This document shows, one piece after another, positions 55,592 to 63,808 of a stretch of DNA of 64,000 nucleotides. Origin of the DNA: Acidobacteriota bacterium (lineage in GTDB: Bacteria > Acidobacteriota > Vicinamibacteria > Vicinamibacterales > CAVVIG01). A program made the position numbers and the translations under genes. The stretch covers positions 70,816 through 134,815 of the forward strand of contig JAYTXA010000059.1 in NCBI GenBank assembly GCA_043743165.1. Reading direction: 5' to 3'. Position 1 is the stretch's first letter. Each line of letters opens with the position of its first letter. Below the pieces are notes generated by a model. That model did not search any database and was not told where the DNA came from. It saw only the letters and a list, made by a program, of their open reading frames with translations.

Positions 55592-55598
55592 CTATGGG

Positions 55599-58337
55599 TC
55601 ACTTCGTCGGCACGAGTCTGTTCAGTTCCTCGAACCAGTGCTGCACGATCACCAGGTGGGACGACCCTACCAGCGGGTCCGCGACGGCCTTCAGCATCAG
55701 GAATCGATTGCCGTCTGGCGAGATGTCGTACTGTCGCACCCAATACGGCGCCGGGTATCGACCATCCACCACGAGGCGCGGCGCATCGAACGACAGTATG
55801 TTTCCCTGCCGAACGGCGACGGCAAACACCTTCCCTGGCGTCAGGTAGTAGAACAGTTCGCGTCCGTTCCGGTTCCACACGGGGCGCGTGCCGCCCTCGA
55901 GCGAGACCTTCCATCGCCCGCCATCGATGTCTGGAAATGGCCGCACGTAGATCTCTTCGATCCCGGACTCGCCCGACTGGTAGGCGAGCCACTTGCCGTC
56001 CGGCGACAATACCCCGTTGCTCTCGTTGTATCGCTCCTGCAGAATCAGCGATGCTTGCCCGTCCTGCTTCGAGCCCGCAAAGCCAAGGTCGTAGGGTGCG
56101 GCGCCAGGTTGGAAGAACAGCAGCCCCGTGCCATCTGGCGTGAAGGACAACGGGTACCGAGGAATGCGGCCGCTGGTAATGGCCGAGGGGATGCCAGTTC
56201 CATCGGCGCTCTGCGAGGCGATGATCTCTTCGCCGCCTCCCTCTGATCGGAACGCGAGACGTCGCCCGTCGGGCGACCACAGCGGATAGAGATAGTTCTT
56301 GCCGGCTGCACCGGAAAACGGGGTCAGGATTCGACGGCCGAGATCCCAGATCCAGATGCTCGACCGTATCTCCCGCACATCGACGGCAACTCGAGTTCCG
56401 TCGGGTGACACCTTTGCACTGGCATACAACTTCGGGGGAGCTCCGGTCACTTCCTCGCGCCCCTGTCGATCGACCCACACGAGCGTCTTCTCGACGGCCC
56501 CCAGCTTGCCGTGAAGGTAGAACAGCGTGCCTGTCTCGGATACGACATACTGCCCGGCCCCCACGCCCTTCGTGGCCACCTCGCTCACGACCGCGACCGG
56601 TTCACCTCGGGTCTTCAGGCTGGCGATGTCGAACGGCACGGCGAGCAACGCACCATCGGCAACGTAGAGCAAGTGACCAGTCGCCGAATATCGCGGTGTA
56701 CTGCCATTCGAAATGAGCGGCGCCTGCGCTCCGGAGCCAAGGTCGAAGGTGACTATCTGACTCGGAACCCCAGCCGACGCCGCAAGCGTGAAGAGCAGTG
56801 CGTTCCGACCAGGCAGGACGGCCGGGAAGATGTGATCCTCGCCGGGCTTTGGCGTGGTCAGCACTACTGGCGTGCCGCCAGCGACAGGGGCGCGCAGCAG
56901 GCCAGTCGTGATGTCTGAGGTCGCCGCGATGATCGTGTCTTCGTCAACCCACACGATTCCGCGAGCCGCGCCGAGCGCCGGCCCGATGGAGGCTGGCGTC
57001 CCACCGGATGCGGGAATCCGTTTCAACTGGTTCATGTTCTCGTCGAGAAACGCGATCCAGTTGCCGTCCGGCGACATCGATGGGCCTCGGATGTCCCCCG
57101 TCTGCCCCGACAGCACGAGGCGCGCCTCCAGTTGGCCGAGGGATCGAACGTAGAGTTGCTCGATACCGTTCGTTGCGGCGAGATACGCGACCCGACGACC
57201 GTCGGCGGAGATCGATACATCCACGTTGTTGATGGACGGTCCGATCTCCGTCACGCCCGGCGGCAAAGCCACATCGGTTCGCGTCACCAGAGGCGGAGTC
57301 GGTGTCGCGGCATTCCATCGGCTCGCGCCCAAGCCCGCGATTGTGCCCACGAGAGCGGCGGCGATAGCAGAGAAGATCCAGCGTTGCGACCGCTTGCCAG
57401 ACTCGTGCTCGCCCATGCGGACCGCGGAAGCTGCGCCCGCTGGCGCTGGAACCGTGACGGCACGGCTGCCGCTTTCGGAAATCCACTTCAACTCGTCGCA
57501 CAAGTCCTTCGCGCTCTGCCACCGCTCGTCTGGATCCTTGCTCAGGCACTTGCTGACGAGTCGCTCGAACGGCGGCGGCGTCAGGGGCTGTCGTGTCGAA
57601 AGCGCGGGCGGTGTGTCCTTCAGAATCGCGCCGATGACGCTCGCGGCCGACTCGCCATTGAACGGCCTCGCGCCCGTCGCCATCTCGTACAGCAGCGTGC
57701 CCAGCGCCCAGACGTCGGTGCGCGTGTCGGCCTCGCGCCCTTCCACCTGCTCGGGCGCCATGTAGTGAATGGTGCCGAGGATGGTCCCCTTCGCCGTCGC
57801 GGGTCCAGCGGTCGTGGCGGCCGTTTCGGTGGGCAGCGACACCGGCGATGCGGCGCTGTGCAGCTTCGCAAGTCCGAAGTCGAGCAGCTTCGGGCCGCTC
57901 TTCGTGAGCATCACGTTCAAGGGCTTGAGGTCGCGGTGCACGATGCCGGCGCGATGCGCCTTGTCGAGGGCGTCGGCGATCGCGACGCCGATCTTCAGAA
58001 CCTCGTCGAGCGGCAGCGGGCCTTTCGCGCGCGCGAGGCGCTCGGCCAGCGTCTCGCCCTCGAGCAACTCCATCACGAGGTAGTCGATACCGTCCTGGTG
58101 CCCGACGTCGTGGACGACGCAGATGTGGGGATGCGAGAGCGTGGCAATGGCGCGGGCTTCCCGCTCGAAGCGCGCGCGGGCGGACGCATCGGCCGCGGTA
58201 TCCGCCGGCAGCACCTTGATGGCGACGGTGCGGGCGAGGCGCGTGTCGCGGGCTTTGTAGACTTCGCCCATCCCGCCGGCACCAAGGGGCGAGAGAATTT
58301 CGTAGGGACCGAGTCGGGTGCCGGGTGTGAGCGCCAA
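55599..58337 (-). CDS. Ser/Thr receptor kinase with single TM and a different beta-propeller type (STK-2)
   Basis: 912-aa ORF with a TTG start. The kinase domain is nearly identical to STK-1. The TM helix is WIFSAIAAALVGTIAGLGA. The propeller repeats and C-terminus (IVQHWFEELNRLVPTK) are unlike STK-1 and STK-3. Confidence 0.9.
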   Translation of the reverse strand: MALTPGTRLGPYEILSPLGAGGMGEVYKARDTRLARTVAIKVLPADTAADASARARFEREARAIATLSHPHICVVHDVGHQDGIDYLVMELLEGETLAERLARAKGPLPLDEVLKIGVAIADALDKAHRAGIVHRDLKPLNVMLTKSGPKLLDFGLAKLHSAASPVSLPTETAATTAGPATAKGTILGTIHYMAPEQVEGREADTRTDVWALGTLLYEMATGARPFNGESAASVIGAILKDTPPALSTRQPLTPPPFERLVSKCLSKDPDERWQSAKDLCDELKWISESGSRAVTVPAPAGAASAVRMGEHESGKRSQRWIFSAIAAALVGTIAGLGASRWNAATPTPPLVTRTDVALPPGVTEIGPSINNVDVSISADGRRVAYLAATNGIEQLYVRSLGQLEARLVLSGQTGDIRGPSMSPDGNWIAFLDENMNQLKRIPASGGTPASIGPALGAARGIVWVDEDTIIAATSDITTGLLRAPVAGGTPVVLTTPKPGEDHIFPAVLPGRNALLFTLAASAGVPSQIVTFDLGSGAQAPLISNGSTPRYSATGHLLYVADGALLAVPFDIASLKTRGEPVAVVSEVATKGVGAGQYVVSETGTLFYLHGKLGAVEKTLVWVDRQGREEVTGAPPKLYASAKVSPDGTRVAVDVREIRSSIWIWDLGRRILTPFSGAAGKNYLYPLWSPDGRRLAFRSEGGGEEIIASQSADGTGIPSAITSGRIPRYPLSFTPDGTGLLFFQPGAAPYDLGFAGSKQDGQASLILQERYNESNGVLSPDGKWLAYQSGESGIEEIYVRPFPDIDGGRWKVSLEGGTRPVWNRNGRELFYYLTPGKVFAVAVRQGNILSFDAPRLVVDGRYPAPYWVRQYDISPDGNRFLMLKAVADPLVGSSHLVIVQHWFEELNRLVPTK
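57482..58337 (-). repeat. kinase-domain direct repeat, copy B (pairs with 51345-52223)
   Basis: See copy A. Same orientation, about 6.1 kb apart. Boundaries are approximate. Confidence 0.75.
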
Positions 58338-58345
58338 CGCTGGGG

Positions 58346-58351
58346 ATTATA
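58346..58351 (-). promoter_or_regulatory. conserved TATAAT upstream of STK-2
   Basis: Minus strand reads caTATAATccccagcgTTG, an 8-nt spacer. Confidence 0.4.
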
Positions 58352-58402
58352 TGGGGGAATGGCCGCGATGGCCGAAGCGCTCGGCAGGAGATTGCGCGCG
58401 CC

Positions 58403-58744
58403 TCAGGCTTGGCGGAGGAGGGACAACAGTGAAGCCCTGAGAGGCGGCAAGTCCACGGTAATGGTCTGCCACAGAATCCCGATGTCAACGCCGAAGTACT
58501 CGTGAATCAGGACATTGCGCATTCCGGAGACATCAGCCCACGGGATATCCGACGGAATCTCCTCGCGCACACGCGACAGATGTCCTGCCGCTTCGCCGAT
58601 GACCTCGAGGTTCCGGACGACCGCATCGACGGTCTTCCCGTCAGCCTGAAACTGTTCGAAGTCCAGACCGGCGATGTAGGCCTCGATGCGGCTTGCGGCT
58701 TCGAGGATATCTTCGACGCGGAGGCGCCAATCTCTAGGCGGCAA
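58403..58744 (-). CDS. hepT: HepT (DUF86) toxin, type VII TA, second copy
   Basis: 113-aa ORF with Rx4HxY motif RNVLIHEY. It overlaps its mntA by 11 nt. Confidence 0.85.
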   Translation of the reverse strand: MPPRDWRLRVEDILEAASRIEAYIAGLDFEQFQADGKTVDAVVRNLEVIGEAAGHLSRVREEIPSDIPWADVSGMRNVLIHEYFGVDIGILWQTITVDLPPLRASLLSLLRQA

Positions 58745-59042
58745 GGACGGCCTCGCGCAGTATCCGATCGCGCAGCGCCGGCTTCAAGGCTGCGGGGGTC
58801 ACCAGGTCCACGCGATGCCCGACAATCTGGGCGAGCCGTCGCTGCAGGCGTACGAACTCGAAGAGACCAATCGGGCGATTGAACTCGACAAGCAGGTCCA
58901 CGTCGCTGTCGTCCCGTCCTTCGTCACGGGCGAATGAGCCGAACAACCGCAGGTTGGCAACACCGAATACGGCAAGGCTGGTGCGTTGCTCACGCAAGGT
59001 CTTGAGGATGTCGTCGCGACGAAGCGCGGCGTTCGCAGCCAT
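58734..59042 (-). CDS. mntA: MntA nucleotidyltransferase antitoxin, second copy
   Basis: 102-aa ORF with GSFARDEGRDDSDVDLLV. Confidence 0.85.
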   Translation of the reverse strand: MAANAALRRDDILKTLREQRTSLAVFGVANLRLFGSFARDEGRDDSDVDLLVEFNRPIGLFEFVRLQRRLAQIVGHRVDLVTPAALKPALRDRILREAVLAA

Positions 59043-59114
59043 GGGCCATTATCACCGGGATTTGTGCTACTGCGGTCGCCTGGCGGCACCTCGATGGCCG
59101 CGGTGCGAACCGCG

Positions 59115-59606
59115 TCAGCGCGCCGGCACCGCCCCATCCGCCAACGGGATGTACAGCGAAATGCGGTCGCCGGAACCGATCGCCCGTGAGATGTGTCCCT
59201 GGCCGGTCGTATCTTCGACCAGGAGAATGTTCCCAGGTCCCAGATGGATCTTTCGACCGCCTTCGAGTTCCACTTCGCTCTCTCCGCTGAGCGTGACGAC
59301 GTATTGCCGCGTTGGGGCTGGATGCCAGTCGAGGTTGTAGTCCTTGTTCGTGCGGCGGAACTGCACGCTCTTCGCTGGCACAACAACCGAAAGGTCTGTG
59401 CCTGTGTTCTGCACCTTCAGCGGGATTTCGTACTCCTCCACTTTCGTCTTCCCGTCCGTCCCCGTGTAGAGCCGCGTGACCTTCACGGGTGTGGCGCGCC
59501 CCTGCGCGAACAGGCCGCCTCCGGTGATCCAGTTGGCTCCGGCCATCAGCGCAAGGGTTGGAATCCATCCGAGTGTCAGAAGTGAGCGGATCACGGTGCG
59601 TCGCAT
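59115..59606 (-). CDS. secreted cupin-like protein
   Basis: 163-aa ORF with an N-terminal signal/TM segment and cupin beta-barrel pattern WHPAPTRQYVVTLSGESEVELEGGRKIHLGPGNILLVEDTTGQGH. Confidence 0.6.
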   Translation of the reverse strand: MRRTVIRSLLTLGWIPTLALMAGANWITGGGLFAQGRATPVKVTRLYTGTDGKTKVEEYEIPLKVQNTGTDLSVVVPAKSVQFRRTNKDYNLDWHPAPTRQYVVTLSGESEVELEGGRKIHLGPGNILLVEDTTGQGHISRAIGSGDRISLYIPLADGAVPAR

Positions 59607-59667
59607 GCGTCTCTCCAGATGAACGGCGTTGTCAGGTCAGCTTCGCTGTCGCGTCGAATGGATTCGG

Positions 59668-59936
59668 CTACTTCGTTGCGGCGTCCGGTCGCCAGTTCAT
59701 GAGCACACCCAGCGACACCCTCGATGACGTGCCTTCGAGTGGCGTGAGCGCGAGTATGCGGCCATCGGACGCGATGTCGCACGGATGAATCAACTCGGCA
59801 GGCGGTTCGACAAGCGGCATCAACGAGCGCGGCTCTCCGGTCGTCATCGAACCGCCAGAGTCCTTGAAGGGCACAACCACCAGGTGTCCGTCATCGGACC
59901 GGTAGAACCCCGTCGGGTGCCGGGTGTGAGGGGCAA
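59668..59936 (-). pseudogene. internally deleted STK-propeller paralog (5' ~30 nt fused out of frame to the last ~85 codons)
   Basis: TTG 59936 reads MPLTPGTR..., then stops after 30 codons. The other frame (track ORF 59668..60057) reads FYRSDDGHLVVVPFKDSGG...DIASDGRILALTPLEGTSSRVSLGVLMNWRPDAATK, matching the STK-1/STK-3 C-termini. Confidence 0.7.
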
Positions 59937-59944
59937 CGGAGGCG

Positions 59945-59950
59945 ATTATA
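59945..59950 (-). promoter_or_regulatory. conserved TATAAT upstream of the STK remnant
   Basis: Minus strand reads caTATAATcgcctccgTTG, an 8-nt spacer. Confidence 0.4.
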
Positions 59951-60071
59951 TGGGCGGAACGGCAGAGATGGGTTGTGCCCTCCCCCGCTCCAACAAATCT
60001 CTTGTGTCCCGTCTGCAACAGGCGCAGGATGCGTCCGTCAGGCGACGAACAGGTCATCCAGGGAGGCGCGA

Positions 60072-60233
60072 ATGCACCGCAGACCGGACACCCTCACGTT
60101 GAATACCACCGCAGTTGTCGTCATGGTCGCCACGAGCGCAGCCATCGCGCTGGTCATCTTCGCGGCGCTCACGGGCGTCCACCTGCTGCCATCGGCGCTC
60201 GTCGCTCGCGACATCGTTCATCTGGCGTACTGA
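60072..60233 (+). CDS. possible small single-TM protein (53 aa)
   Basis: Internal ATG of track ORF 59973..60233, preceded by GGGAGG at 5 nt. The sequence is MHRRPDTLTLNTTAVVVMVATSAAIALVIFAALTGVHLL... Confidence 0.35.
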   Translation: MHRRPDTLTLNTTAVVVMVATSAAIALVIFAALTGVHLLPSALVARDIVHLAY

Positions 60234-60301
60234 CCGCCGAATCCTCAGGGCGCTCTGCGTGATGTGAGACGACGACAGGGCCACGGTGCGGACGGTTGGA
60301 A

Positions 60302-63061
60302 CTACTTCTTCGGGTCGGGGTTCCAGTTGATGAGGAGCGTGATTGGCGTCGCATCCTCCGTCAACTCCGTGTTGACAAGGAATCGGCCGTCCCGGCTCAC
60401 GTCGTACTGACGGTTCTGCTGGTTGTCGAGGCCGCCTCCGTAGATGTGCGGCGTGAAGAGCGCGACCGGCGCGCCCGGTTCCAGCCTTCCGCCCGCCGTG
60501 TTGATGGGGGCAGCCATAAGGCGACCATCCGGTGCGATGTAATACAACTCCCTGCCGTCAGCACTCCACTTCGGAAAGATCCCGCCGCCGGTGGAGATCT
60601 GCCATTGTCCGCGGGAGCGCGACTCACCGTTCGACGACGCCGTCGGTTCGATGAAGGGGCGGACGTACACCTCCAGCCGTCCCGACTCGTTCGACATGTA
60701 GGTAACCCATCGGTCGTCTGGCGAGAACTGGCCCACGCGCTCGTCGAACCGGGTCTTCAAAAAGACCCACGGCTTTCGATCGCCCTGCATGGGCAGCACC
60801 CAGAGGTCCTGCGCCGTCTGCGGGTCGAGGGTGCGGTAGAGGATGAACCGTCCATCGTGGGACCAGTCGTTTGCAGACTTTTCCCCTGGCGCGTCGAGCA
60901 GCAGCTGCTCGCTGCCCGCGTTCGCGGAGGACAGCAGATACAAATCCCGCCGGCCGGCTCGATTCGAATCGAACACGAGGGATTTGCCGTCAGGCGACCA
61001 CTGACCGAAGCGGTCGAGCGCCGGGTCGAACGTGAACCGACTCAGGCGCGCGCTGTCGAGCATCCAGATGTCGGCATTGCCTTGCACGATTCGAAACATC
61101 GACACGCGCCGGCCGTCGGGCGAGAGCCGGGGCGTGCTCATGCCGTTCTCGTCGGGCGCTCCCATCGTGCCAAGGGCGGCGCCGGACCGATCGAACCAGG
61201 CGAGTTGCCGCCGTTCGCCAACACCTGCTCGGTAGGCAATCAGCCCAGTGGGCGAGACGGACACCGCAGATGTCAACGACGTGGTGTCGGACGCGACGGA
61301 CCCGGCGATCGTGATCTGGTCCCCAATCAGTGCCCGCTGCGACACGTCCAGTTTTCGGGCCACCAGCCTTCCGGAGTCCACCCATAACAGCCAGCCCGAC
61401 GGAAGGTAGGCACCGCCTCTGTCGGCCGGAGTCAGCCTGGTCGCATCAGACGAGTCGAGGGAGCCGAGGTAGATACCGGCCGAGGCCACCGGACCGGCCT
61501 CCAGGAAGAGAAAGTGCCGACCATCGGGCAGGAACGCCGGCACCCGCTGATCGGAGGCGGAGCCTTTCAGCGTCATGGCTGGAACGGGCAACCCGCCCGA
61601 TGCAGAGACACGGTACAGCGGACTGCCGGTATTGGGCGTGAACAGAATCACGCCGTCCGCATTCCATGCACCACCGCGCGGCGTCGCCGTCGCGAGCACC
61701 TGCGGCCGGCCACCCGCGAGGTCCATGCGGGTCAGACGCCCGTCCTGGAAATACGCAATCGAGCGGCTGTCCGGTGACCAGAACGGATACTGCGCACCAT
61801 CGGTGCCGGGCAACGACTGTGCGACCGTGCCGGAGAGCGACCGCACCCAGAGTCGGGAGACTCCCGCCTCCGAGGCGACGAAGGCGACCTGCCGCCCGTC
61901 TGGAGAAAGCGCAAACGAGAGCAGGTCTGAGGTGGCGGGCGTCTGGAGTTCGACCCGCATCTCCAGGGGCGCCGAGAGAGGTGTCTCGCGAAGATGCCGG
62001 ACCGCAGGCAGCGCGAGCCCGGCTGCCACGAGGGCAGCCGCACCAATGCCGAGCCACGAGGTACGGGCGGTGCGATGCGAGGAAGAGGCCGCAGGAGCAG
62101 GCAGCGGTGTCGGGAATTCCTCCACGGCGCCGCTGAGGAGTTCCTCGATTTGCAGTCGCGCTTCGCCGATGTCGCGCATCCGCGCCTTCGGTTCCTTCTT
62201 CAGGCACCGCGCGAGCAACCGGCGAAGCGCCGATGTCGTCGCGGCCGGCAGCGCGCTCCAGTCCGGCTCCCTGCTAACCACTGAGACCATCGTGTCGGTG
62301 ACGTCCTCGCCGGGGAAGGCACGGCGAGCCGTCAGCATCTCGTACAGCACTGCGCCGAACGCCCAGATGTCGGCGCGCTTGTCCACGGCTTTGCCGCGCG
62401 CCTGCTCGGGCGCCATGTACGCCGCCGTGCCCAGGATCATGCCCACCTCGGTCATCACTTGCCCGCCGTAGCCTTGGCGGAGGTAGGCGGGCGACGTCAG
62501 TGTGGGCGATGCTGACAGGTCGTGCCCACCAGGCCTGCCCGACCCACCAGACTCACCCGACCTATCCAGCGCCTTCGCCAGCCCAAAGTCGAGCACCTTC
62601 ACCGTGCCGTCAGAGCGCACCTTGATGTTGGCGGGCTTCAGATCGCGGTGAATGATGCCCTGCTCGTGCGCGGCCTCGAGCGCCTCCGCTATCTGCTTCG
62701 CAAGGGGCAGGGCTTCGTCGAGGGGCATCGGCCCGCGCGCAATGCGGGCGGCGAGTTCCTCGCCGTCGACCAGTTCCATCACAAGGAACGGACCGACCTG
62801 ACCCTCGCGACCCTCCTGCCCCTCTTCGAGCCCGTGGATGTGCGCGATGTTCGGATGGTTCAGCGCCGCCAGGGTCTGTGCCTCACGGCGAAAGCGCGCC
62901 AGACGTTCCGGATTGCCCGCGACCTCAGGCAGCAGCACCTTGATCGCCACCTGCCGCTTCAGGTTCGTGTCGGTTGCCCGATAGACCTGCCCCATCCCGC
63001 CTTCGCCGAGAAGCGCGGTCACTTCATAGGGACCAAGTCTGGAGCCTGGTGTGAGAGCCAA
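60302..63061 (-). CDS. Ser/Thr receptor kinase with single TM and TolB-like beta-propeller (STK-3)
   Basis: 919-aa ORF with a TTG start. The kinase domain is divergent (GEGGMGQVY, HRDLKPANI, DFG, APE). The TM helix is WLGIGAAALVAAGLALPAV. The propeller is collinear with and clearly similar to that of STK-1. Confidence 0.9.
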   Translation of the reverse strand: MALTPGSRLGPYEVTALLGEGGMGQVYRATDTNLKRQVAIKVLLPEVAGNPERLARFRREAQTLAALNHPNIAHIHGLEEGQEGREGQVGPFLVMELVDGEELAARIARGPMPLDEALPLAKQIAEALEAAHEQGIIHRDLKPANIKVRSDGTVKVLDFGLAKALDRSGESGGSGRPGGHDLSASPTLTSPAYLRQGYGGQVMTEVGMILGTAAYMAPEQARGKAVDKRADIWAFGAVLYEMLTARRAFPGEDVTDTMVSVVSREPDWSALPAATTSALRRLLARCLKKEPKARMRDIGEARLQIEELLSGAVEEFPTPLPAPAASSSHRTARTSWLGIGAAALVAAGLALPAVRHLRETPLSAPLEMRVELQTPATSDLLSFALSPDGRQVAFVASEAGVSRLWVRSLSGTVAQSLPGTDGAQYPFWSPDSRSIAYFQDGRLTRMDLAGGRPQVLATATPRGGAWNADGVILFTPNTGSPLYRVSASGGLPVPAMTLKGSASDQRVPAFLPDGRHFLFLEAGPVASAGIYLGSLDSSDATRLTPADRGGAYLPSGWLLWVDSGRLVARKLDVSQRALIGDQITIAGSVASDTTSLTSAVSVSPTGLIAYRAGVGERRQLAWFDRSGAALGTMGAPDENGMSTPRLSPDGRRVSMFRIVQGNADIWMLDSARLSRFTFDPALDRFGQWSPDGKSLVFDSNRAGRRDLYLLSSANAGSEQLLLDAPGEKSANDWSHDGRFILYRTLDPQTAQDLWVLPMQGDRKPWVFLKTRFDERVGQFSPDDRWVTYMSNESGRLEVYVRPFIEPTASSNGESRSRGQWQISTGGGIFPKWSADGRELYYIAPDGRLMAAPINTAGGRLEPGAPVALFTPHIYGGGLDNQQNRQYDVSRDGRFLVNTELTEDATPITLLINWNPDPKK

Positions 63062-63069
63062 TGGTCGGG

Positions 63070-63075
63070 ATTATA
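63070..63075 (-). promoter_or_regulatory. conserved TATAAT upstream of STK-3
   Basis: Minus strand reads cgTATAATcccgaccaTTG, an 8-nt spacer. Confidence 0.4.
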
Positions 63076-63209
63076 CGAGCGGAACGGTCGTGATGACCGC
63101 AGGGTTCGACGCACTGCCTGACGTGCGTCCGTGAGACCGCGACAGGGTCGTAAGGTGCCGCGTCTTCAGGAACACACCCGGCGTGCGGTCACCGGCCATC
63201 GGCGAGGTT

Positions 63210-63238
63210 TTGCTCATTACGTACTGAACGTACATAAT
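63210..63238 (+). promoter_or_regulatory. candidate leaderless promoter/operator of phd-relE
   Basis: TTGCTC (63210-63215), 17 nt, CATAAT (63233-63238), 6 nt, then ATG 63245. The spacer carries the direct repeat ACGTAC-tga-ACGTAC (63219-63233). Confidence 0.45.
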
Positions 63239-63244
63239 GCACAC

Positions 63245-63490
63245 ATGTCCAAGATGGCGGCCACCGCCCTTCGTAGCAACATTGCCGAAACGCTCAACCG
63301 CGTCGCGTTCCAAGGCGAGCGCATCGAACTCGAGCGTCACGGCAAAGCCGTCGCTGCACTAGTCAGCATCGAAGATTTCGAGTTGCTCGAGGCGCTGGAG
63401 AACCGCATCGACCTTGCGGCCGCGCGTCGGGCGCTCAAGGAACCGGGCCAGCGCAGTTGGAACAAGGTAAAGGCAGACCTCGGCCTCTAA
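63245..63490 (+). CDS. Phd/YefM-family antitoxin
   Basis: Internal ATG of track ORF 63131..63490. The sequence is MSKMAATALRSNIAETLNRVAFQGERIELERHGKAVAALVSIEDFELLEALE. Confidence 0.85.
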   Translation: MSKMAATALRSNIAETLNRVAFQGERIELERHGKAVAALVSIEDFELLEALENRIDLAAARRALKEPGQRSWNKVKADLGL

Positions 63491-63496
63491 CGCGCC

Positions 63497-63772
63497 ATGC
63501 CTGGCCCCGCTCGGTATACCGTCTTCTTGAAACCTGCAGCCGAACGGGCCCTGAAGAAGATCGTCCAGCCCATCCTCCGCCGACTCGCCAAGGCCATTGA
63601 CAACCTCGGCCACGACCCGCGCCCCCCAGGTGCGACAGCGCTCCACGGCGAGTCCAGCCTGCTGCGTATTCGCGTCGGCGACCATCGCATCATCTACAGC
63701 GTCAACGATACTGTGCTCACCGTGCTGGTGGTCGCGATCGGTCACCGGCGCGAAGTCTATCAACGCCGATAG
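63497..63772 (+). CDS. RelE/ParE-family toxin
   Basis: 91-aa ORF 7 nt after the antitoxin stop. Pattern LRIRVGDHRIIYSVNDTVLTVLVVAIGHRREVY. Confidence 0.85.
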   Translation: MPGPARYTVFLKPAAERALKKIVQPILRRLAKAIDNLGHDPRPPGATALHGESSLLRIRVGDHRIIYSVNDTVLTVLVVAIGHRREVYQRR

Positions 63773-63808
63773 GTCTACCCTTCGCGTACGGTGAGTAACC
63801 TGCTGGTC

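Noticed and set aside
52303-59042. The two mntA-hepT pairs as products of the same duplication that copied the kinase domain
   Set aside because: The proteins differ at most positions outside the catalytic motifs, and the flanking spacers are unrelated. The kinase repeat, by contrast, is about 90 percent identical. The two therefore have different histories.
55638-61387. Plus-strand ORFs inside the STK genes (55638..56246, 57132..58505, 60296..61387 and others)
   Set aside because: They are antisense to kinase/propeller ORFs that show complete Hanks motifs and PD40 repeats.
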